DNA of 64,000 nt, from the NCBI GenBank assembly GCA_013239625.1, contig MU054212.1:10030898-10094897 (forward strand), in the 5' to 3' direction. The position numbers and the translations under genes were made by a program. The notes below the pieces were generated by a model. That model saw only the letters and a list, made by a program, of their open reading frames with translations, was not told the origin of the DNA and ran no database searches. This stretch comes from Lama guanicoe. Taxonomy: Eukaryota. Of this stretch, positions 11,651 through 22,580 are shown piece by piece. Each line of letters opens with the position of its first letter. Position 1 is the stretch's first letter.

Positions 11651-12404
11651 CAGGTTCAGGGGAGCAGAAGAGTTTGGAAGGGAACTGGGTTGAGACCATT
11701 TTTGCACAACCTGATGCCAGTGTTGACATTGACTTACTGCTGCCATCAAGGGATTTATGCCGCCTCTTTAATGTCCCCCTTCTGTGGTGGCTTTACGGCC
11801 CTGCTGTCCAACGTAATCTCTGCAGCTTGCCACTTGGCACAGAGCCGCTCTTTGTCCCAAATGCACGAGGAATGGGAAGGGGTGTGACGCCCTCGTGTGT
11901 AAGGACAGCTGTGTCAGTTTCTGGGATGGGTCTGGGCTTGGGGCCCAGTGATTATTCTGCTCTTAGACTTTTAACAATTTCCTGCACCGGTAGGGTGGTT
12001 TTTCCAAGGGAATGCTGTGTGCAGAGTCCACACAAGCTACAGGAGCTGTCCATGGTCCCTGGGAGCACATGTCTTCTTGCAGACGTTCTGACCCTCTAGA
12101 AGTGGACTTATTGGGAGCTAATGCTTCTGCACCCATCTTTAGCTCCAGCAGGGGCTACATCGTACCCAAGTGTCTCTTCATGTGAGTGTTACACGGCACC
12201 TCCAGGAGCAGTTCTGGCTGACAATGATTTATCCGTCTTTATTTTCCTGCTCTGCGTTGTCTGAGCATCTTCTGGGATCATGTTTAGCAGGCAGTTGGGA
12301 GCTAAGATTCCCAGACCAGGGTTTGACTAGAAATCATTTCTTCCTGTGGGCTCCTAAGGGGCTGATGGGATTGTTGATAATTTGGCCTTAGAGAATACGT
12401 GTGT

Positions 12405-12735
12405 GATGTAAGAATAGCGGGTTTTGAAGTCAGACAGCCTAATGGGCGGGGCAAGGACTAGGGTGAAGCAAAGCCCTTACTCTCAGGGGCACCCAGGTGC
12501 AGGGCAATATCCAAGGGGGAGGACCTCCTGACATTTTGCACCTTGGCTGATTCACTTGCCTTACCCTACTTCTGCCTGCGTGTGCAGGGTTAAAGCATGG
12601 CTCAGCCACTCTCTAGCTGGGGTCTTGAGAGAGTTATTTAACCTTGCTGAGCCTCCTTTTCCTTACCTGCAAAATAGTCAGCCTCTGCTTACCCCTCCGA
12701 ATTCCAATGAGGATAAGATAAAGTACCACAAGTAA
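12405..12735 (+). mobile_element. MIR SINE interrupted by a hAT MITE
   Basis: 5' part GCGGGTTTTGAAGTCAGACAGCCT; resumes after 12578 with GGGTTAAAGCATGGCTCAGCCACTCTCTAGCTG...TTATTTAACCTTGCTGAGCCTCCTTTTCCTTACCTGCAAAAT. Confidence 0.7.
12447..12578. mobile_element. MER91-like hAT-Tip100 palindromic MITE
   Basis: Subterminal inverted repeats GACTAGGGTGAAGCAA ... TTGCCTTACCCTA; internal ACTCTCAGGG and ATTTTGCACC match the remembered MER91 consensus. Confidence 0.65.
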
Positions 12736-14933
12736 GACACCAACTAGAGGAAATACTGATAGAACAGTATCTCTCTACTTCTGGTACCCACCCCTCCCAA
12801 AAAAGCAAGAACAACAAAACAAAATAGATAATAAGACAAAAAAAAAGGGTTTGAGTGCAGTGGCTTAAGGACTATAGTTGATTTTCTCATGGAGACTATT
12901 TTTGATCTGAGTCCCAAGAGACTTCCTCAGATTTGTGCAGATCTGTCCCATGTAGTAGAAACCAGCAGGATACAAAGGCTGAACCAGGGCAGGGGATCAA
13001 GGTCCCCAGCTTTCAGTGCTTGCTGTGCTTGCAGAGAAACCCTTCCACCTCTCTGCCTAGAACGGGCAAACAGGGGTGTCACCATGGAAGCAGAGCGTGC
13101 CTGTGATGCTGCCGACTTCAACTCTGAGTCCTCATTTCTTAGAATATGAGTGCTAACGTTCCCCAAAGGCATCTAAAGCCATCACATGTAAAGAGCTGTG
13201 TCTGATAAAGATTGTTCACAGTGAGGTTAATGTGCCGGTCTTTGCCTGTGGCTCTCACTCTACCTGCCATGCCCTCTCCTCCTGCCATTCCTTCCCAGTC
13301 CTCCCTCCTCCTTGAAGTCCATCTTAGGCTTCTCCTTATCTTTGGAGTTCTCCTTGCCACTCCAGTTCACCTTTGATTCTTTGTTCCCTTACTTTGGGAC
13401 ATAGCCGTTTCAGTTCATCCCCGCTGGGATGGGAACTAAGATGTTGGTACCAGCTGTGGGTCAGGCGCTGTGCTAAGGTCTGATCTCCGTCTCTTCTGAC
13501 GTCATCAAGGATGTCCTGAACTACTACTCCACACAGAGACCACCTGGTGGAAGCAGCGGACGTCAGACCCAGGGCAAGTCTTTGGAAGCAGGGAATCCCC
13601 GGGCCACACAGCACTTTAGTGACAAAACCTAGGCTAGATCCCAGTTTTCCTAACCAAGTCCTCTTTCCACAGTTGCTCCATAATCATCACCTAATTACGT
13701 GCTGCTGCCCTGTAAACACCCACTACAGGGCTAGGTAGCTGCAGGCTCCTTCCAATTAACCCGATAGTGATGTCCTGAAGGGAGGGGGCTGTTTTTGATC
13801 AATGCTGTATCTCCATGATGTCTGGCAAGACATCTGGTATGTAGGAGAAGCTCTTTAAAAGATCACAAACAAGCCCCCGGGTCCCCAGGTACTTATTGCC
13901 TTGATTTTTACCTATACCAAACGCATTCTCATTCCAAAACCAACTCCTGCACGGGTAAGAGCTGTGTTCCCTGATGGGGTTGGTTTCCAGCATTAGCTAC
14001 CGTGGAAGTCCAGCTGGGTGTGATATTTTGGGGTCAGAGAGGCCTTTCTATGCCTTTCACATCTCATAACATACACAGCTACCCAACCCCCAGTGTTGGA
14101 GTCTGCTGAAGTCCAGGTGACTAAAAAAAAAAATCTAATTAATATGATTTTAATTATGGCAGTAATAATACCTACCTCCCAGCATGAGAAGGTAGGATAT
14201 TAAGTTAGTAATACTGAATTTCCCAGGGGTGCTGAGACCCTTTAAGATGAGTTAATTTGAAAATTACTGATATGATTAGAGAACAGAAATCGGCATATTT
14301 GAAAGAGTCCGAAGGGGCACGCAAACATCAGTGTTATCAGTCAGTTGCGCCTTCAGCCAGTCAGTAATCAGGACGTGGTATTAGGCCCTGGCTGTACATG
14401 TGTAGATGACCCACTGCTGTATACCACGTACAAGAAGGTACAAAAGGCAAAGCATAGATCTCTGCCCCCCACCGCCAAAGCATTTCATCGTGTGTTACTT
14501 GTTCAGCCTAGCATGGTGCTTTACATTGTTCTGACTTACTCGAGAATGGGCTTTGCTCCTCAGCTAAGTCTGTAGCCCCTTGAAGGCAAGAGCTCATCTT
14601 CTGTCTTTCTGTGTCCTCAGCTCCTAGTATAGTATTGGCATCGGTTGGTATCCAGTGTGTATTTCTTACAGCTAGAGACTAATCACCCTAAAGAGTCATC
14701 ACTGTTAGCCTTATTTCTTTGGAAGGATTTCACAAAGGAGGGGGGACTTGGCAGAGGATGGTTCTTGTAGGAGAGCAGTAAAAGCTGAGGAGAGCTAAGT
14801 AGAATTGGCTTCTGTAGGGCCTTTACCAGCAAACTCAGGAGTTCAGAGTTTATCATTCAAGAAATGGGGAAGCACTGATGTGATATGAACACATCAGTAG
14901 TGGGAGTTCTAAGCTTTTTGAGAATATTGCTCT

Positions 14934-15348
14934 ACAACATGGATGGACCTAAAGATGATCATATTTAAGTCAAGTCAGACAAAGACAAGTATCAGGTGGT
15001 ATCACTTATCTGTGGAATCTGGAAAATGGATACAGATTCTATTTACAAACCAAAACCAGACTCAGGGACATAGAAAATAAACTATGGTGACCAAAGTGGG
15101 GAGGGAGGGATAAATGAAGAGTTTGGGATTAACAGATACACATTACTATATATAAAATAAAATAAAATAGAGACCTACTGTGTAGCACAGGGAACTATAT
15201 TCAGTTTCTTGTAATAACATATAATGGAAAAAGATCTAAAAAGGAAAAATATATATGTATGTAGATGTATAATTGAATCGCTTTGCTATACACCTGAAGC
15301 TAGCATTGTAAATCAACTACACTTCAATAAAAAATAAAACTAAAAAAC
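14934..15348 (+). mobile_element. 5'-truncated L1 3' end with TSD
   Basis: CAACATGGATGGACCTA...ACTGTGTAGCACAGGGAACTATATTCAG...CATTGTAAATCAACTACACTTCAATAAAAAATAAAA; TSD TATTGCTCT at 14925-14933 and 15349-15357. Confidence 0.95.
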
Positions 15349-15576
15349 TATTGCTCTGAATGTGATGCTAAAATATGTTATTGAAATGGTATTAAATGAA
15401 CAAGGAAATGGAACAGCAAGACCAAATATCTATCCTATTAACCAAGATAGAAGATGCAGGGGGGAAGCCCTTGAGTGAAATCTTGGTATTTTAACTGTAA
15501 AGTACCTGGGAAATAATCTGAGGAAGTCAGAAATCTGTGTGAAACGTGACTGACACATCCCAGAGGCAATGGCCCT

Positions 15577-15735
15577 GGAGCAGTGGTGGAAGATGGGCTT
15601 GGAGTCCTACAGACCCGGCTGGAATCCTGGCTCTGCACTGCTCAGCAGGGCACCTGTGGAGAGGGCACAAAGAGATCCCGGACTTCAGATTTCCCATTAC
15701 TTGGAAGAGCTGGTGAGGATTCAAGGAGATGAGAA
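15577..15735 (+). mobile_element. MIR SINE
   Basis: GCAGTGGTGGAAGATGGGCTTGGAGTCCTACAGACCCGGCTGGAATCCTGGCTCTGCAC...TTCAGATTTCCCAT...GTGAGGATTCAAGGAGATGA. Confidence 0.6.
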
Positions 15736-16285
15736 GGATTAAGTGTCTGATGTGTATCTTCCACAGAGGGGACAGTGACTGTCCTTGCTCTCTCACAGGT
15801 GTGGGATTATGCGTGTGTGTGGCATCTGGGAGATGCCTACACATATGTGGGAATCATCCAGGAAGACAGCAGACAAGGAGAGGGCAAGGGTGTAGGCTGG
15901 GGACACCACCATTCCAGGTATGACTTGAGTAACAGAGGCAGAATGAGACCCAGGCAAGCCAAGGATGGGAGAATGCTGACAAACAGGTTGACAGCAGGAG
16001 AGCTTTCAGGAAAAGCATTAACAAACACCCGCAGGATGCCAGACATCTTCTCGGGAGGGATGCGCGGAGGGAGGGAGCACCGCTAGGGGGTGTTCGCTGT
16101 GGTGTCGAGGAGAAGTATGGGAGTGAAGGGAAGAGAGGGTGGACGTTTGAGCTAAGTGCGATGGTAGCTAGTACCTTTGGGTTGGTTTTGGTTTTTTGTC
16201 TTCGTTTGACTTTCTGTTTTGTTGAATGTGGACGAATAGAGTCAATTTCCATTTGGGGGAAAGAAGTATTAAAAGGAGGATTCAA

Positions 16286-16556
16286 TGTATAAACTTGTTT
16301 ATCTATTTTATATATACTAGTCAGTATCTGCAAATCTGAGACTTGCATTTATCCCTTCCCACCCCATTCCCCCCTGGTAACCACATACTGTATAGCACAG
16401 GGAGCAATATTCCATATCTTGTAGTAGCTTATGGTGAAAAAATATGAATATGAATATATGTATATTCATGTATGACTATAAAATATTGTGCTTTACACCA
16501 GAAATTGACACAACATTGTAAACTGACTATACTTTAATTTAAAAAAAAGTTAAAAA
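16286..16556 (+). mobile_element. Camelid-type L1 3' end with 5' inversion
   Basis: 16286-16383 is antisense L1 3' UTR; 16385-16556 is sense 3' UTR ending in an A tail; TSD AAAA[G/A]GAGGATTC[A/G]A at 16271-16285 and 16557-16571. Confidence 0.9.
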
Positions 16557-17092
16557 AAAAAGAGGATTCGAAAATGCCAAAAGGAAGGCATGGTGGCTCA
16601 GGGCTATGAGGTTTTGGAGTCTGGAGGAAAATAGTGGTTTTGCTTCTTAGTGGTGGGGTAATCCTGAGCAAGTTACTCCAAACTCTCAAGCGCCAGTGAG
16701 AAATGAGGATACAAAGAGCTCACCCCGCCCTGGTCTGTCGGGAGGCACGAAGGAGAGCCTGGGTGAGCGCTGAGCTGAGCCGTGTGCTGGGGACTGAGCA
16801 GAGCACGGTGGGAGGAGAGGTGCCCAGATGGTGGGAACAGGCCCCAGTGGGGCAGGAGAGGGCCCAGGTCAGGGTGAGTCAGGAGTTTTCTCTTCTGCGA
16901 ACGAGGTGTGTGGCTTGAAGTGAGCGCAGAGGCAGGTTGGAGAGCGGCTGCAGGAGCTGGCGTGGCTGCTGACTTGCCTGTGAAATGCGGTCCAGTCCGC
17001 CAGGGTGGTTGGTGAGGACAGGGGTACCCAGGGATGGAGGCGCGTGATAGGAACACTGAGTTGGGGGAGGAGGGGGAAGGGGAGGGCACGGG

Positions 17093-17557
17093 AAGGGCCA
17101 GATCATGGGCCTGGACGAGAACAGTGCTTACACGGTCCCCCTGTTGGGCTCTAACGCTTTGTGGTCTCCAACTTGAAATTTTAACGATTTTATCTCTGAA
17201 TCGCGTCTTTTAAGTGAGTGCAGTGGGGAAATGGGGACTGGGCCCTGGCTCCTGTGCCCTTCCACCTCCCAGGACGGGTTCTTTGCCTCCTGCTCCCCGG
17301 CTGCCAGCCTTCTAAGCCTGGACTCGCAGGTGTGAGCGAGGTGGAAATCCGGCACCGGCCAAGCACCGAGATGTGAGGTAGGGCCTTGAGCATCCGCCGA
17401 GTCCGCCCTCAAGTATCCTTGCGCACAAGGGAGTGCAACATTTGAGTAGCAAATAAAAAGACACGGAAGAAAGAACGAGACTTTCCCTTGTTTTTTGAGC
17501 CAGCAGGCCTGCATTCTCACTTTGCATTGGGCCCCACAAATTATGCAGCTGGTCCTG
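17093..17557 (+). mobile_element. MER45-family (MER45B/C-like) hAT-Tip100 DNA transposon
   Basis: Left end AAGGGCCAGATCATGGGC...CTTGAAATTTTAACGATTT; right end GCATTCTCACTTTGCATTGGGCCCCACAAATTATGCAGCTGGTCCTG. Confidence 0.8.
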
Positions 17558-19024
17558 GGGAGGAGAGCCACCGGGAGAAGCAGGAGGTCTGCAGAGCAGG
17601 CTTGGGGGCCAGCGGGACTTGCAGCTTACTGGTTCCTGGTGGGCACCGCAGGGCAGGCTGCTCCAGGGGGTCCTCCCTTGTCCTAGACGCAGGAGTATAT
17701 AGGAAGCAGAGGGCAAGAATTAGAGAGAGAAACAGGTGTGATGCAGCGAGAATGATGGAACTTTGAGGAGGCAAAGAGATTACTGCTGCCAGTGAAAGAA
17801 AAAATCAGAAGATCAGCAGTTAGACTGGGGAAAGAAGGGATTCAAACCAGAAGGAAAAACATGAAGGTGCACAATGAGAAACAAATTCGGAAGAAGTCAG
17901 GCACAGAAGAAAGGAGGCCGGTGAAGGGTTTGGCCAGCGAAGGGAATTTGAGAGTTCAAAATTTCCGAAGCAGAATATTTCCAGAGCAAGTTCCTTTATA
18001 TCTCATTAGTGAAGTTTGTCAATTGCCTTTTTATTTTTTTGGGCGCTGCATTTGCAAACAAAACATTGCTCTCAGATTTGAGATTTAGACTTCTGAATCA
18101 TAGTACAACTCATTTTTTTGTATAAGTAACATATGTTTGGTGTCTTTAAACACAATTACTTTTGTATAATAAAAGTGTTGATTTGATGATGCGACATTTT
18201 CTGCAAGTGTGTTTAAGAGAGTTTATGTTTTCATAAGTTCCAATGAAACTCAATTATGTATGTGTAATAAGGCTTCTGATTGTTACACTTAGACTTTTCT
18301 GTATAATGAAGCCAGCAATTAGAATTTGCTTGCTCTATGGCTTAGGAAAACACACTTGTTTTGGAGACAAAAGACTCTTAATGAGCCCCCTTTTTGGTTA
18401 ATTTTTTTTGTTGTTGTTAAAAACCAGTCTATAACTCAAACATATAATTAGATTTCTTAAAGGTTTAGGGTTTTTTTCTTGTTGTTATTTTTTTCCCTTT
18501 AAACACAAAACAAAGCAAAAAGCAATAACTTTAAGGCGCAGATCGTTTCAAAGCTGTGAATCTTGCTGCTATCTGTAGTTTTACCTTACAGCCACCTCCA
18601 GTGCATACTGACATCCCTCTCTGCTAAGGAGGCAGAGTCTTGGCCGTGGTAGAGACCTGACTGAGTCCAGAAATGCTCTTTCCAAGCGTTGCTTAGATGC
18701 TGCTCTGGGCACCACGCGTGGGGTTGAGCACTGGTGTCCTGCTGGTGTCCCGGCCTCAGGGTTAGCCTGAAGCTTGGCTCAGGAGCCAGTGCGATCTGTG
18801 GCTGCCACTTGCCCTGGAGGCCAGCTAGTGCCAGGGTGGGGGACCAGCCGTTCCCTGCTGACTGTGTGAGTGTGGGCAGAGCTTTCCTAGTGGACTAAAG
18901 AAGCTTTCTGGCCATTTCTGCTTCCATCTCATGATCTGCACCCCGTGTGGCATCTACTCAGGGTCCGCTGGACTCTTGGCCAGTCATTTCACTGCTGGCC
19001 CTTCGTGTCACTTTCAGATGGCCA

Positions 19025-19557
19025 TGTTGGGCCCCAGGGTAGGCCTCTCCAATAATGTGCCTCAATGAGATATTGATTATTTTGAATTAAAGTTACTTAA
19101 GAAATGGCCAATACAAGAGGGACACTCTGCCCCTCCTTCTCTATCTCCCTGAAACAGGAACTAACTCTCTTACTTGAAATTACACTACATCTGGAGGTAG
19201 GACAGACAACCTTATCGCCAAAGATTGAAAATCTGGGCCCAAGAAGCCTGCATAAACAAACCTTGTTATTTCTTTAATCTACTCCTCGAAACTCTGTTTA
19301 GATGCTTCCCTAATTGGTTACCTAGAGCCTCAGTTTCTTTGTCCTGTAGATTCCTTACAAATAACTGTTTCTTTGTCTAAAAAGTATAAAAGCTGCCTGT
19401 TTGGCCACTTCTCTGGTCCCGTCTCTATGTGACCTCCGTGTGCAGGATTAAAATTTGTTTCCTTTTGTCTTGTTAATCTGTCTTGGGTCAGTTTTATTCT
19501 TCGTCCAGCCACAAGAACTCAAGAGGGGCAGTGGTGGAAATTTCTCCCTCCCCGACA
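19025..19557 (+). mobile_element. Solo ERV1-class LTR (MER34/LTR39-like)
   Basis: Termini TGTTGGG...CCCGACA (imperfect inverted repeat); TATAAA 19385-19390; ATTAAA 19447-19452; 4-bp flanks GCCA/GCTG. Confidence 0.85.
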
Positions 19558-22059
19558 GCTGTTTCTCCCTGGATGTTCAGGCACGTGGGGAAAGGCCGGT
19601 GGGTCAGAACTTCCCCCATCAGGCCTCTGTTTGAAGGAAGCCCTTCTACCTTGACAAGTGTTTTCCTGTAAGCCTCCTGTTACAAGGGCCCTGCTCTTAG
19701 AAGTGCTAAACTCTTTCTTTGTTACCGATCACGAACGACTTAATGAAAATTTGTTTTTATAACTTATACTAAGAAGGTTTTCAGTGGTGTATCCATCAGT
19801 GTCTTGTGAGAAACACACTGAAAACTCTAGGCCTTTCAGTATAGAATGTGGGTTGCACATGTGCTGGAAGGGCCAGGAGCAGAAACAGCAGTGTGGTTTT
19901 ATCCAGGGCATCAAAGCAGGCACTTGTGCCATTGTGGCTGGAGCCCCACAACGGGCACATGTCGCTGCCATTGGAATCACTGTCCTAGGCTGTGAGCGGG
20001 AATGAAAGGAGCTCACACCCTTGATGGTCAGTAACCCCCTCCCCCAGTGACGTTACCAGAGCCTTCAGTTCCCCCAAATCCCCTGCTGATGCCAGAGCCA
20101 GGAAGAGAGCGGCTTCCCTCCACCTCCTGCCTTCCAGGCTCCAGTGAGTGCCTCTCAGGATCAGCCTGGAGCTGGCCAAGAGTTCTGGGCCATAGAGTTT
20201 CCAGGCCTTCAACCTCTGGGACAGAGAAGAAAACAGGGCAGGGTAAAAATGTGTCTGAATATCAGCCGACATTATTTGGCACACTGGGGGCATATGGCAG
20301 AAATGGTCCAGAAAATAAAACTTTGTAATCGCCCGTGGCGTCTCCCTGCACACCCCGACCACAGCCGTGGATTTCATGTTCAGTCAACTCTCTGAGCAGC
20401 GAGGAGGGGAAGCGCAGTGGGGAGTTCCCTCAGGACTTACCAGTATAGAGGAAGTAACAGGTCAGGTCTGAGTGCTGGAGTTAACAACTTCCAAACCCAG
20501 GAAGTGTTCCATTCAGCCTCTTCTCAGAGGCAGACTTTGGAATTTTAAACAAAGGATCCAATTAAATTTGATCCAATTTAAGTCCATTCAGTTCAGAAAC
20601 TTTTTATTAAATATCTCCGATGGATTGCACCCTGGTCTGGATAGAACTGGAGTCACAAATTTGTGGCTGGTAGACGGGAGCTGTGTTGCCACTGAACACC
20701 TAAGTTGGGATGGACTCCCAGTCCCCCAGACTCTCGGTTTTGGTTTGTTATTTAATTGCATAGACTGCATATTTCTTTGGGAGAGGCATTATCGCCTCCA
20801 TGTTTGATATAAAAGGTAATTTATGTTAGGAAGTTCTCAATACTACTGGGATCCTGGACTTCAGCTATCACCATAGATTTAATTTTTTCTTTTCCAATAG
20901 GTGAAGAAACTCATGCTCTGAGAAGGTAAAATGACCTGGCCAAGGCAGTCACCAGATTGTCGGCAGGGCCACTGGTCCTCAAGCCGGTGGTCCACGCTGA
21001 GATGCGCCGTTTCTCAGGTAGGATTCACATCAGTGATCTAGTTCAAGCTGTCGTGGTATTGTCCAGCTCCAAAGATTTTCCACTCGGTTGCACAGACCTG
21101 GGATTCTGCGGACCTGATTTTTATCCTGGCTTTACTATTCCTAAGCTGCCGGGCCATCTTTGGCCTCTATTCTCTCATATGTAGAATGAGAGGCTGAATA
21201 AGAGATTTTCCGCATGGAAGCCGGGCTTCAGCAGTCTTCATTTTCTCTGCCCCATTTTCAGTCTGACTTTCCCACCCATCAGACTTGCCTCCTCGTTGCC
21301 TCTTTTGCACGTCATTCTTGTTTCATACTCTCACCAAGTGATTGTACTATTGACCCTCCTGGGATGGGTCCCCTTTCCTTCCGACTTGCCCGGACTGGAC
21401 CCATCGTCTAAGCGCCTCCTCCTCCAGGGGAGCCTCCAGTCTAAGCTCCAGCGTACACATGCTCTCCCCCTCCTTGGAGCAACTTTCACAAATATTTTTG
21501 TCTAAATTGTTCACCTGACACTTATAAGCAACTGGGCCTTTTTATTAGCTTTTCACGTGAGCAACTCTTGTCTCCCTGGTGTTTGACCTTTAGAAGGTCT
21601 GGACAATGCAGACTTTTCTTGTATCCCCATAAGGCCTGATACGGAGCTCAGCACATGGCGGTGTTACTATGGACCTGTGAGGAAGTTGATGAATGACATG
21701 CATATGTGTTAGCAGGTCTCGGGGCTGAGAGGCCAGTGTGGATGGTGAGGGTTAGAAAGGAGTCCCCTGAGAAGGTGGCCTAGGAGTAGAGTTTTGAGTT
21801 TGGAGAAAATTGAGAAAAGCAGAAGTGACTGAGGAAGGGGAGTGTGAATGACACAGCACAAAGGAAGAGGATGCAGGAAACAACATGGTACTCGGGAGAG
21901 GCTAAACATATAAGCAAATTAGTCTATGGGCAGGCGGGCTCAGGCTGTGGAGCCCAGGGGAGAGACTGGCGTCACAGAATCGGAAGGTGGCTTATTTAAT
22001 CCGGAGCGTCACTCAGCAAGCTCTGTGTGCTGGGGAGACACAGCTGAGGAAGACATAAA

Positions 22060-22207
22060 TGTCTGCATCCACAAATTCTACATCCACGGGTTTTGCACAA
22101 GAGGGCTGAGTGTGCTGCGCTGTTTCACAAGGAGCCTTGAGTACCTGAGGGTTTTGGTATCTGCTGGGGGTCCTGGAACCAGTCTCTTGGATACCAAGGG
22201 ATGACTG
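22060..22207 (+). mobile_element. MER2/Tigger-like TcMar fragment
   Basis: CTTGAGTACCTGAGGGTTTTGGTATCTGCTGGGGGTCCTGGAACCAGTCTCTTGGATACCAAGGGATGACTG matches the MER2 right end. Confidence 0.7.
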
Positions 22208-22349
22208 GATGCGGGAGTTTATAGTCACGTCAGGGGCAAATAGATCACAATGAGTTCTCACACCGAGTGGAATATCATTTATGCCAACAGGAGAAGGGCT
22301 CCTGGAACTCAGGGCTGGGCTTAGTAAACGCTGCTGTGTGGGTGTTCTG

Positions 22350-22580
22350 GGCACGGGCCCTGGGACCAAGAGCTCGGCCTTCATCTCAGCTCTGGCACTG
22401 ACTGACTGTGTTATTGAGGGAAACTTTCTTGATTTCTCTGGGCCTCTGTCTGATCATCCATAAAACTGAATTAACAGTAGTGCCTCATCCTAGGGTTATT
22501 GTGAGAATTAATGGAGATCATGGATGTGAAATTAGTTCAGAGTGGGGCCATGTATGCCCATCATAACTATTAGCTACTAT
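22350..22580 (+). mobile_element. MIR SINE (near full length)
   Basis: CTCAGCTCTGGCACTGACTGACTGTG...TTCTCTGGGCCTCTG...CCTCATCCTAGGGTTATTGTGAGAATTAATGGAGATCATGGATGTGAAA...TATTAGCTACTAT. Confidence 0.7.
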
